Position numbers and translations under genes: made by a program. Below, piece after piece: positions 12,540-24,018 of a stretch of DNA of 64,000 bases. Under the pieces are notes generated by a model. That model was not told the origin of the DNA. It searched no databases and saw only the letters and a list, made by a program, of their open reading frames with translations. This DNA comes from Octopus vulgaris (lineage: Eukaryota): positions 12,090,001 through 12,154,000 of the forward strand of contig OX597821.1 of NCBI GenBank assembly GCA_951406725.2. Direction: 5' to 3'. The stretch's first letter is position 1. Every line of letters begins with the position of its first letter.

Positions 12540-12938
12540 ATTAGCTCGCTTCCCAATCACATGGTTCCTGGTTGAGTCCCACTGCGTGGCACCTTGGGCA
12601 AGTATCTTCTACTACAGCCTCGGGTCGACCAAAACCTTGTGAGTGGAATTGGTAGACAGAAACTGAGAGAAGCCCGTCATATATATGTATATATAAATAT
12701 GTATGTGTGTATGTGTGTTTGTGTGTCTATATTTGTCTCCTCAACATCGCTTGATACCGAAGCTGATGTGTTTACGTCCCCGTAACTTAGTGGTTCGGCG
12801 AAAGAATCCGATAGAATAAGCACTAGGCTTACAAAGAATAAGTCCTGGGGTCGATTTGCTCGATTAAAGCGGTGATCCAGCATGGCCACAGTTAAATTAC
12901 TAAAACAAATAAAAGACTAAAAGATTAAAAGACTAAAG
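12540..12938 (+). mobile_element. Family A SINE, nearly full length
   Basis: cccactgcgtggcaccttgggcaag...cagcatggccacagttaaattactaaaac followed by (taaaaga)n. Confidence 0.9.
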
Positions 12939-13363
12939 CGTTTTTATATATATTTATATATAAAATATATGTCACGTGTGAGCGTGCGCGCACGTGTGTG
13001 CTGTCTCTGTGTTTGTGTGTTCGTGTGCGTATGTGTGTGTGTGTGTGTGCTTGTGTGTATGTTTGCTTGTGAGTGCGTGTGGAATAATAAAGAGTAAGTG
13101 ATTATATACAACAGTAGCTTATGCCACTATCCTAGTTTCCTGTGCTTATAAACATCTAAAAATATGTCTTGAATTCCCACTTGGCGGAACCATAGCCCGT
13201 GACAAACATGCTATTGGTACATAGTATCTGCTGAGTACTGTAAATGTTACAATATGAAACGAAGTGATTTGTTTAAGAATACATTATTAAGCGTAGCTCA
13301 GGAATCGAACACCACGATCGTTTGTTCGGGAGTCTAGAACTGCAACTACTAAAACATAAATGC

Positions 13364-13565
13364 AAGGAGGTGTGCAAAAGTACCTGGCTTTGAGTAAAAA
13401 AAAATATAGGAAGATCAGTTAATTATGATTTTATGCAACATATTCCCCTCTCGGATTCACACATTTATTGTTGCGGTCCTTCAGTGTGGTTAAAACTCGG
13501 AGGGTTAGGCCTCCATCCAGACCTTTCGCGATACTCTTAAAGCCAGGAACTTTTCAACACCCCCA
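13364..13565. mobile_element. Mariner-type MITE, about 200 bp
   Basis: Imperfect TIRs ggaggtgtgcaaaagtacctggcttt / aaagccaggaacttttcaacaccccc; no coding capacity. Confidence 0.65.
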
Positions 13566-13647
13566 CTTTAACAGATTTTGATCAAATAATGTAATACAGT
13601 CTAGCGGAAAGACATTTATGCAAATAGGGCTCTTGCATTTCGTAAAT

Positions 13648-14125
13648 ATCATCATCATCATTGTTCGACCGTGGTCGAGACAATGGAATTTACCATGCTA
13701 CGCCAGACTTCACGGTCCATCATAGCATTACGGAGGTCCTGTTGCTGGATGCCTGTATCCCTGGAGATTACATCAGGGTAGGAGAGTGTGCGCCCTCTGG
13801 TATTGCGGGTAGATGGCTTCCAGAGGAGAAGAGTAGAAATTACCTCTTTTTCAGCTCTACAACAATGTCCAGCAAACTGGACTCTCTTACCTTTCACAAG
13901 AGATGACACAGGTGGTAGTTTCCCATATATTTGCATTTTGGTTGGATGGCGCTTCCACGAGAGATTTTTGAGCTCTCATAAGGAGGCGAGTGTAGGTTCC
14001 ATCCAACGGCCTCTCAAGCTTCTTTGATAACGTCCAGGTTTCTGAGCTATATAGTAGAATTGGTTCGACTGTGGCTTTGAAGATTTCAAGTTTGAAGTCT
14101 CTACTTAGATTTGATGACCAGATCT
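13648..14125 (-). mobile_element. RTE-group LINE, 5'-truncated, with (TGA)n tail
   Basis: KLEIFKATVEPILLYSSETWTL...then frameshift to RVQFAGHCCR...MMDREVWRSMV; stop followed by tgatgatgat. Confidence 0.88.
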
Positions 14126-14739
14126 TAAATATACCAATTAAATATATCAATGTATTTGTTTAATAGATTCAACGACAGCCTATCGATACGTACCTCAGTG
14201 TGCCTGGTGTCGGTCTGCAGTCCAGTGACTAAAACCACTAAATGCATGCATAGGAAATGCTGTTTAGTTTTTCCTAACTTTAATGTGTTAGCGTTAATGT
14301 TGCATATATTTGCATGTAGTATCTTTAGAAGTGAAATTTGGAATGTGTGAATCATGAATTTATGAATTATATTGACTTCCTATGAAGTATGCTCAATATA
14401 TTTTATGTTCATTGATGTTGTATGCATTTGTATATTAGTGTAATTTAAATTCTGTCGTATGCTTTTAGAATATTTAGTTATGCAATCTGTGTTGTATTGG
14501 GATTTAACGTCAATTATATTTTTGTTTCATTGTTAAAGTTTCGGTTATATTAGAGAATTGGGGAAAAATTTTAGAGATTTACCTCATAACATTAGATAGC
14601 ATATATGCACAAAAGCACATGTACAAACACGTAATCACATATCTATTTATTTGCCTGTCTGTCTGTCTATATATCTATCTATCTATATATATATATATAT
14701 ATATATATATAGATATATAAATATGCACACACACACACG

Positions 14740-14795
<56 letters not shown>

Positions 14796-14841
14796 TATAT
14801 ATACCTATCTACCTCTCTCACTCTCTCTCTATATATATATG

Positions 14842-16115
14842 CAGGGGTTAGACAAAATAATGGAAACACGTTAAAATGTCAAGCAAATTTATTTAAATAT
14901 GGAGTAGCACCGCCTTTTTCAGTTACTACAGCTTGAATTCTACGAGTTATGGACTCCTAGAAAATTTGAATCGTTTCCAAAGGAATTTTTGGCCATTCTT
15001 CAGCTAAAACGGTCTCCAGTTCTTGTAGTGATGATGGTGGAGGATATCGACTCCTTGTGTTTCTAAAATGCACCATAAATATTCAATAATATTGAGATCT
15101 GTGGACTGTGGTGGCAAGATAAGATGTTCTACTTTACTAGAATGTTCTTTGTGCCATTCAGTAAGAACTTTAGCTGTGAGAATTAGTGCATTATCATCCT
15201 GAAAGATTGCGTTTCCTACCAGAAATAATTTCGCAACCATAGGATGAATTTGATCGGATGAAATGCTTAAAGAGTCTTGACTATTAATTCTGCCATGAAG
15301 GGAAACCAATGACCCGGCGGATTTCCATGATATAGCCTCCCAGATCATCACGGATCCTTCAAAATGTTGGAAGAGCAGCAGCTGGCAGAAGGCAGTATGG
15401 GTCAAATGCTTCTTTTGGCTGTTTCTATACGTATACATGGCCGTTGGTCGGAAATAAGGTAAAGGATGACTCATCCGAGAAAATAGCATTCTTTCACTGC
15501 TGTAGGGACCAATTCTGTAGGTTTTTACTCCACCGTAAACGCTTTGCAATGTTTGTTTTTGAAAGTAGTGGTTTTCTGATAGCAGCCCTCTCGTGAAATC
15601 TGGTTTGTGCAACTCCTGGCGAACTGTTTTTGTGAAAATTGGGTTCTCGACGTGGTCATTAAGCTCTGCAGTAATTTTGGGAGCTGTACTTTTGAGATCG
15701 ATTCTAACAATTCACGTGAGAATCCGACGGTCACTATATGAAAGTTTTGGTTTCCTTCCGGAGTTTTGCTTCGGCGAGATCTTTTCTCTCTTTCTCAAAG
15801 GCTGTCGTTACTTTCGAGAAAATACTTCTTGATACACCATATATTTCGGCTGTTTTCGTTCCGCCAGCGCCTGCCATACGAACACCAACAATGTAACCTC
15901 TTTGAAAGTCCGATAAATCTGTCATTTTATGGAATTTCTATTTCCTTTTTTCTGATGATACCTGAAAAGAAACAGAAATTTTAACATAATATATTATGCA
16001 AGACTAATTATAAATCAAGAGACATGAAAATAAACAAGCTTTTGATGGTTTTATAGATATTTCAGAATTATGATCCCATGATACTTGGTGCTTCCACTAT
16101 TTTGTGTAACCCCTG
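14842..16115 (-). mobile_element. Full-length decayed Tc1-like transposon with DD36E spacing
   Basis: About 28-bp TIRs caggggttagacaaaataatggaaacac / gtgcttccactattttgtgtaacccctg; frameshifted transposase MTDLSDFQRG..., SVMIW, FQDDNA...PQSTDLNIIEYLW; TA on the right flank, TG on the left. Confidence 0.92.
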
Positions 16116-16227
16116 TATATGTGTGAGTGTGTGTGTGTATGTGTGTGCGTGTGTATTCACCCGTATATATGCGAAGTCATATGTCATACCCTCACAAGCA
16201 CACCGCCGTATATATATATACGGCGGC

Positions 16228-16368
16228 AAAAGCGGTTCGGCAAAAGAAACCGATAAAATAAGTACTGGGCTTACAAAGAATAAGTCCTGGGGTAGAGTTG
16301 CTCGATCAGGGGTGGTGCTCCAGTATGGCCGCAGTCTAAATGACTGAAACAAGTAAAAAGAAAAAAAG
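16228..16368 (+). mobile_element. Family A SINE, 3' part
   Basis: agcggttcggcaaaag...tggccgcagtctaaatgactgaaacaag. Confidence 0.85.
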
Positions 16369-16369
16369 G

Positions 16370-16407
<38 letters not shown>

Positions 16408-16785
16408 ATTTGAATATATGTATTCAAGTTTGTCCATATATGTGTATGCGTGTGTTTGAGTGTGTGTGTAAGTGTTTTATTAATGTGTGCGTGCGTGTGT
16501 GTGTTTGTGTTTATGTGCACCTTCGTTTTAAAAGATTTAATGCAATACAGAGCTTTGCCAAGATAATAACAAATGCATTAGTGTAAATTAATGATTAAAA
16601 AAACCCAATAAAGTTAAAAGAAAAATAACTTGATCCTCTATAAGTATCATTAATATACATTCATATTTTGAATGAATATCTTAAGATATATAAGTGGAAA
16701 CAATAATTCATTCGATTTCTTTCACATGAAAATAGAATTTATATGACATTATTTCGTTATGTTAGATTATGGTTTTATATATATG

Positions 16786-16787
16786 TG

Positions 16788-16859
<72 letters not shown>

Positions 16860-16880
16860 TTGTGTCTGTGTGTGTGTGTG
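16786..16880. repeat. (TG)n microsatellite
   Basis: Direct reading. Confidence 0.95.
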
Positions 16881-17263
16881 TGGAGTCGCAATGGCTCAGT
16901 GGTTAGGGCATTGGACGGACGCGTGGTCGTGGAATCGCTGTTGCGATTCCCAGATAGGACACTGTGACTGTTTATTGAGTGAAAACACCTAAAAGGTCCA
17001 CGAAGCTTAGGCAGGAGGTGGTGGCGAACCCTGCTGTACTCTTTCACCACAACTTTCTCTCACTCTATCTTTCTGTTTCAATTGTACCTGTATTTCGAAA
17101 GGCCAGCCTTGTCACACACTGTGTCACGCTGAATCTCCCCGAGAACTACCTTAAGCGTGCACGTGTCTGTGGAGTGCTCAGCCACTTGCACGTTAATTTC
17201 ACGAGAAGGCTGTCACGTTGAACGGATCAACTGGAACCCTCGTCGTCGTAACCGACGGAGTGT
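16881..17263 (+). mobile_element. Family C tRNA-derived SINE
   Basis: TGGCTCAGTGG A box, degenerate B box (gttgcgattccc); homologous over its length to 58081-58451. Confidence 0.88.
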
Positions 17264-17454
17264 CACAAATACTTATATGGAGGTGTGATGAAATATTCAA
17301 AGCAAATTAGAGGTCAAATTAATTTATGACGACTAAGAATTATTTGAATAACAAGGATGAGTGCCTGTGATTGTCCCAAATTATAGTTACATATGGTTAT
17401 GATGATGTAGTCCGTTCGAAAATTTTGTTTCTCGGCGTGTAGTTTACAAAGTTT

Positions 17455-17600
17455 GTTATTTACATTATTTACATTTGACGGATATTTGTCCTCATCTTGT
17501 TTATGTCAACAACGTTTCGGCTAAGGTACCCTCCAGCTTTCATGAGTTGTCTGTGGAAAATTTCAAATCTCGGTTCTCATTCCTAAGGTATTTTTCGATG
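17455..17600 (-). mobile_element. Candidate family E SINE 3' part with degenerate hammerhead-like motif at 17505-17552
   Basis: Minus strand CTCATGA-AAGCTG...TTAGCC-GAAA-CGTT; ends in two copies of AATGTAAAT. Confidence 0.45.
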
Positions 17601-17606
17601 TTGTTG

Positions 17607-17692
<86 letters not shown>
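17601..17692. repeat. (TTG)/(TTA)n microsatellite, 3' flank of the R4/Dong insertion
   Basis: Direct reading. Confidence 0.95.
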
Positions 17693-17693
<1 letters not shown>

Positions 17694-18861
17694 TATGTTT
17701 GACTTTTGCTTTATGTTTGTACAAGTTGGCTCCAAGTCTCACCCAGAGACCTCAAGAGACAACAGGCTGGAAGTTCACGTTGTTGTTATTCCTAGTGTGC
17801 AATATATTTGGGGTTTTTTTTTAGTGTTGTACTAGTGAATGTCTAATAAATAATTTTTTTTAAAAAGTTTGTTTTAAACCTTGAGATTACATAGAGAGTA
17901 TTTTGCGTAGGATATGAACAGTTCCCATGAGCACTATCTTTTGAATTTCTGCCATTTTGGGGTTTCCTGGTATCTGAGTTAGGTAGCAATCAGCTCCTTT
18001 CTCTATCATTCCCAGGGCACCCATGACAACAGGTATTGTTTTAGTCTTCAGGTTCCACATTTTGCTGATTTCTATTTCAAGATCTTTATATTTGCTCAGT
18101 TTTTGGTAGGTCTTGACAGATACGTTTATATCGATTGGGACAGTAATATCAATGAGGAGGCATGTTCTTTGTCTGAAGTCTTTCAATATGATGTCTGGCC
18201 TGTTTGCATCTATCTTTCTATCAGTTTGAATGGTGAAGTTCCAGAGGAGTGAGATGTGGTCATTTTCAAGCACTGGAGGTGGATTGTGTCCCCACCAGTA
18301 TTTTTTATGGGGCAAATCCAGGTTTTTGCAAATTACTCAGTGAATATATTGTGCAGCTCTATCATGCCTGTTGAGTTACTCTGTAGGCGCTAGAAGACTG
18401 CACTTGGAGACAACATGATCAATGGTTTCATTTTGTTGTCGACATACACGACATGTTGGACTACTGCCGTTCTTTAATATGTTGGCCTGGTAGTTTCTTG
18501 TTGGTAGGCATTGATCGTGAGCTGCTATGATAAATCCTTCTGTTTCAGATTTTAAGCCAGAGGCCATTAGCCATTGATGGGTCAGGGCTTTGTTAATATC
18601 TGCATTATTCGCTCTCTTTGGGTATTTGCCATACAGAGGTTTTTCTTGCCATTTATTATTCCGAATATCTAAGGCCGCAGTTTTGGCACGGGTTTTCATG
18701 CGCTTAGCTTTTTCTGTGCTTGTTTCTTGTATGACTATCTCTAATTCCGAAATTTGTTGTATTCGGAATTCACTTAGATATTCCTTTGCCTGTTTTGTTA
18801 CTGAGTATGATGCTTTCTTGTTTTCATGTTTTGAGACATGTTTTAACATCCAGTCCTCAGA

Positions 18862-18865
<4 letters not shown>
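17693..18865 (-). mobile_element. R4/Dong-clade restriction-like-endonuclease retrotransposon, 5'-truncated
   Basis: One frame with two premature stops: ETEGFIIAAHDQCLPTRNY, CCHC finger CRVC...ETIDHVVSKC, RHD motif, RLE ANRPDIILKD...LIDITVP...KLSKYKDL; (TTA)n on both sides. Confidence 0.92.
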
Positions 18866-18956
<91 letters not shown>

Positions 18957-18960
18957 CATT
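18866..18960. repeat. (TTA)n microsatellite, 5' flank of the R4/Dong insertion
   Basis: Direct reading. Confidence 0.95.
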
Positions 18961-18964
18961 TTTA

Positions 18965-19035
18965 AGGTCACTGCTTGGAATGGAGCTCGGACAATTGGGG
19001 TTAGTAGCCCGCGCTATTAACCACCTCGCCATATA
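18965..19035 (-). mobile_element. tRNA-like SINE head (candidate family E 5' part)
   Basis: Minus strand TGGCGAGGTGGTTAA (A box)...GAGCTCCATTCC (degenerate B box) leading into (AAT)n. Confidence 0.65.
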
Positions 19036-19353
19036 ATGTACATGATTTCTCATCTCTTAAATATAGAACCGTATTAGAAACTTCGGTTTGCAAAATGATA
19101 CAGAATTCGCTACTAGTGAATGACAGACATTTTGCAAGTAATTCCGCGTGTTACTCCGAGATCAGCAATACTTTGTGAAATGGAGTTTTGAAGACAAGGT
19201 GCCGGGAATTCATTCATATATGTACGCGTGCAAGAATGTATACAGGCGTGTTTCTGTGTGTGATTGTGTATGCCAGATTAAAATCTGCGTGTGTATTTAA
19301 ATAGAAAATGTAATTGCTCATTTGATAAATGTATATTGATATAATATATGCAA

Positions 19354-19586
19354 GGCGGCGAACTGGCAGAAACGTTAGCACACCGGGCGAAATGCGTAGC
19401 CGTATTCCGTCTGCCGTTACGTTCTGAGTTCAAATTCCGCCGAGGTCGACTTTGCCTTTCATCCTTTCGGGGTCGATTAAACAAGTACCAGTTACGTACT
19501 GGGGTCGATATAACCAACTTAATCCGTTTGTCTGTCCTCGTTTGTCCCCTCTGTGTTTAGCCACTTGTGGGTAGTAAAGAAATAGG
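19354..19586 (+). mobile_element. Family B tRNA-derived SINE, full length
   Basis: GGCGGCGAACTGGCAGAAACGTTAG...GAGTTCAAATTCC...GCCTTTCATCCTTTCGGGGTCGAT...TTGTGGGTAGTAAAGAAATA; near-identical copies at 32201, 44088 and 45297. Confidence 0.93.
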
Positions 19587-20439
19587 TATAATATATGCAA
19601 AGCAGTGTAAGTTCACAACTATTTTTTATCGATGAAAGTCTTGGTAACAATATTAAATTATGTATCTCAGAAATATGAATAAAAACATTAGAACTGTAAA
19701 TTAAATTATAATGGACTCTTATAGAGATTTCCAGACTGTAATTTTGAAAGGAAATTAATTAGTCCTGTTAACGTAATAATTATAAAGAAATAAACATTAT
19801 ACACCTCTTTTGAACGGTGGAATCTATACATGCTCCCCACTCCTTTATCAATGGCTATCTTTATCAATTTAATTGCTGTCTAATGCAATCTGAAAGCCGT
19901 TATAAGTACATTTACATTATAATATCAATCATTGTATGGGCACTTAAACAGAAATGTATTCATCTAGTGTTCTTAAGATGTTTGCTACAGGCATTATCCT
20001 TTTCTTTGCAAATATCTGGAATTTTGGGGACTTGATCTTTATTGTCAGTCAAATCTATCCAATTCATTTTTTAATCATGTTCTTTATGGTCCTCGTTTTC
20101 TTATGTCAGCATCTTGGTTCACCTTTTGTCACCCTGACCTCAACACCCAATCTACGGTCATTTGAAACTGTCAATGTTCTATTATTGCCTACCCAACTAT
20201 AACTTGCATTCAGCTAGAAAGTGCTTATCAAGGAACAATAGCAAGTATTCAGCAACACAGATAATAAGGAGGCAGATAATAAGGAACTACAGAAAACACT
20301 GATCGACGAAAATAGATGTATTTAGTGAAACTGTCAGGTTGCAGAATAATGGTAGAGATGTTAATAATAGCAACAACTATAATATGCATAGTGATATTTG
20401 TACTGTTAACCCTAGCTTAGTAATAATCATATTAATATT

Positions 20440-20605
20440 AGTTTCAAATTTTGACACGAGGACAGCAATTTCTGGGAAGGGGTTAAGTTGATTACATCGA
20501 CCTCAATACTCAACAGGTACTTATTTTATCGACCTTGAGAGGATGAAACACAAAGTCGACCTCGCCAGAATTTGAAATCAGAACGTATAGATGGGCGGCG
20601 AAATG
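20440..20605 (-). mobile_element. Family B-related SINE, degenerate
   Basis: ggtacttattttatcgacc...ggatgaaacacaaagtcgacctcgccagaatttgaa. Confidence 0.75.
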
Positions 20606-21047
20606 TCTATTATAAATGTTATTACTACCAGTGGAAACATGTTCATCAGTGGCAAACATTCCATCTCCCTCCCTACTAAAATTTCCTTCCATTCAATAAT
20701 GATTTAGAAGTACATTGAAGTGATTTATTGTTCATGATGTATCAGTAATTCATCTAGAACCTACAACGGGCTAAGTAACCCCAACAAATACTAGAGAAAT
20801 GTTTAGATACCCACCACTGAGACTTAAGTGCAGTGAAAAATGTTGTAAACAATGCACAAAAGGAAGCAAAATGTCATAGCTTATGACTCTGTCATATAAT
20901 CCACGTTAAACATTCTCCTAAATGTTTACACAAGTACTGCAATCGGCTTTAAGTATCGAATGTACCATTTTAAAAGAAATACAAGATATATAGAGAGAAT
21001 ATAGAGAAGACAAGAGAAAGAATACATTGAAAAAAATAATAAACATA

Positions 21048-21459
21048 GGCGCAGGAGTGGCTGTGTGGTACGTAGCTTGCTAACCACCCATATGGTTCCG
21101 GGTTCAGTCCCACTGGGTGGCATCTTGGGCATGTGTCTTCTGCTATAGCCCCGGGCCGACCAATGCCTTGTGAGTGGATTTGGTAGACGTAAACTGAAAG
21201 AAGCCTGTCGTATATATGTATATATATATATATGTGTGTGTGTGTGTTTGTGTGTCTGTGTTTGTCCCCCTAGCATTGCTTGACAACCGATGCTGGTGTG
21301 TTTATGTCCCCGTTACTTAGCGGTTCGGCAAAAGAGACCGATAGAATAAGTACTGGGCTTACAAAGAATAAGTCCCGGGGTCGATTTGCTCGACTAAAGG
21401 CGGTGCTCCAGCATGGCCGCAATCAAATGACTGAAACAAGTAAAAGAGTAAAAGAGTAA
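21048..21459 (+). mobile_element. Family A SINE, full length
   Basis: Complete head, internal microsatellite and (TAAAAGAG)n tail. Confidence 0.93.
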
Positions 21460-22389
21460 TTCTGCGTTGTGATTCACGTAATACAACTAAGTGATGAGTA
21501 ATCCTTCTAAAACCACGTACGGTATGATGACGTAATAGAATATAAGCAATGTCGAAACCTGGATGCAAATACTAGAATGTTTAATACAGAGAAAGAATCG
21601 GCTTTAAATAATGGATGAAATGGGCATCGCATTAGAGTAAAATGATTCTGTAAAAACCCAAGCTTTAGAACGAATCAGCAAATTTGAGGAAACAGATTTT
21701 TGAAAACTAATTTAGTATAACAAAAACTATTGACAACATGCATAAAACAATAGGTTTAATAACAACAAGAGCACTCTGAGAGCGCAAACCTACACCAAGG
21801 CAACACCAAATACTGTAAGGCATACCTTTAACTCACTAATGCCTCTGCGAAGTCTTCTTATTAATCAGCTGGTGGTGGTGGTGGTGATGCTTGTTGCACT
21901 GTTAGTGCAGGTGTATGAAAGGCATCGTAGCCTTTCGTGACCTGAGAATATTTAGTATATTTAGTGGACCCCATATTTAAAAAAAAAACTGGAAACAGCT
22001 ATTGCTTCCAAAGATATATAGAACAGGAATCCAAATAAGTACCTTCGGTACTGGAATATTTATTTCTCGATTTCTCGATTTCGCAAGGATGACAGTAAAA
22101 GTTGAACTAAGTGCGATTTGAATTCAGAGCCCTGAGTATTATAACGCATGCCAAAATGCATTGTATCCAGCGCCCAGATAACTCTACCAGCCCTTCTCAT
22201 TCTGTTGGTAGATAGTATCAATTTTCATTTCTCATTCAAAGACAAAATAGCAGCGTTGAAAACAGGGTTTGCTCTGATACGAGGACGCCAGTATTTTCAG
22301 TAAAGGAGGAAGGGACAATTTGACATAGATAGGGCTGGACACCATATGCAGAGACACTCCAAGCATTTTTTCAATTCACCTTATTTTAC

Positions 22390-22709
22390 TCGGAGACCCC
22401 TTCGGTCACGAATAACCATGAGATTGCACCTAGAATGTTACCATCCCAGGCACAAGTCCGGGCAAGGTTGTTTATGGAAGACCAGCAGTTGGTCATACAT
22501 ACTAGCCTCCCCTCTCCACGCCACCGATGTTATCCAAGGGAAAGGTAAAGGCCGATACAGCTTCGCAATACATTTCTACAGCTGAGGGAACTGGAGCAAC
22601 GTGAAATAAAGTGTCTTACTCAAGAGCACAACACGCAGCCCGGTCCGGAATTCGAACTCACAACCTGATGGTTATAAGTTCGACGCTGTAACCACTGAGC
22701 CATGCGCCT
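22390..22709 (-). mobile_element. Family D tRNA-derived SINE
   Basis: Minus strand GGCGCATGGCTCAGTGGTT (A box), GAGTTCGAATTCC (B box), then a CORE-like stretch gtgctcttgagtaagacacttt...cagctgtagaaatg. Confidence 0.8.
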
Positions 22710-22734
22710 TATCTTACTAATGCTACAATAATCA

Positions 22735-23285
22735 TTCTAATCTGGGTTCAAGAACGGAGATTTTGATGTGAGTGAAAATTGATTACAATGACATCAGTAC
22801 TTGAAAGTACTTATTTTAAACAGCCCGAAATGACAATCGATTTCAACTGAATTTCAACTCAGAATGTAAATAGCTGGAAAAATGCTGCTCGAGATTTTCT
22901 CCAACAGGCTAACGATTCTAAAAGATCACCGCCTTCTGTTTGTGTTATAATATTGATTATTCGTTTAAGCCACAAAGCTTGAAATTTGAATGCCAGATTG
23001 CTATTTTATATTATATCACCCAGTAGGGTTAAAGAGATAGTTGACTCAAATACAGATGGCTACAAGAATTACCGCAAAGTTTATTTTAAGTTTCTGCAAG
23101 TTCATGCTGCTTTTTTTCTGCTGTTGTCATATTATTATTATCGTTATTATCATTATTATTATTACTATTCCCCCGAGGGCGACTTTACTTTCATCCTTTC
23201 GGTGTCGGTGAAATAAGTACCAGTTGAATACGGGGGCCGATGTAATCCCTAAAAAGATCAGGCCTTGTGCCTATTGAAGAAATGG
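22735..23285. mobile_element. Two degenerate family B-related SINE pieces in opposite orientation (22735-22935 minus, 23170-23285 plus)
   Basis: Recognisable body motif cgactttactttcatcctttcggtgtcg...aagtaccag and a decayed reverse copy. Confidence 0.6.
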
Positions 23286-23918
23286 ATTATTATTATTATT
23301 GCTCTTGTTGTTATCACAACCAAAGCATATTTACTCGTATTTTGTAATCGATGATTAGATCATGACACGCAACTTAGTAATCTAAAAACATATGGTTACA
23401 GCTTCTTTAAGCCTCCTTGAAATTTCAAATAACCCCTTCTTTATCGTGAGAAATCTAATATCTAATATTTTTATACTTTTTATATAATGTTATGTATTGC
23501 ATTTTGTTTATTTCTTCTTCTTTTTTTCATTTCCGATTTCATCTCCTTAACCTATTCTTGTTTCTTGAAATGACATATTTTTCCCCCAGCTATTTAATGC
23601 TGACAGAACGGCTGCTTTCTTTCTCCATGAAATCAAAGAACTTTTACAAACACGGAATCATAGACAAGAAATCTTTTGGCATTCCTCATCTTTAACGCTA
23701 TTGCTCTCTTCTTTAGTAATCAAAGAATCCATTGAATTCTCAGGTGGTATGCGGCATCTTCTTTAAAGAATATACGTGTGCATAGCCATTCATAATGTTA
23801 ATTGTTTACCATTTCATGTTATGCATACGAATACTTCCACAACATACACACACCTGTGCGTGTATGCATATACATACATGCATACATACATACATACATA
23901 TATACATATATATATAAA

Positions 23919-23962
<44 letters not shown>

Positions 23963-23981
23963 CCTTCATGTGCATATGTAA

Positions 23982-24018
<37 letters not shown>

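Noticed and set aside
18376-19053. 225-aa ORF as a host gene
   Set aside because: Chance fusion of a SINE head, (AAT)n poly-Asn and the R4/Dong frame
21048-21125. tRNA genes at SINE heads (also 16881, 19354, 22640, 58081)
   Set aside because: A/B boxes are present but the cloverleaf is incomplete and each continues into a repeated SINE body
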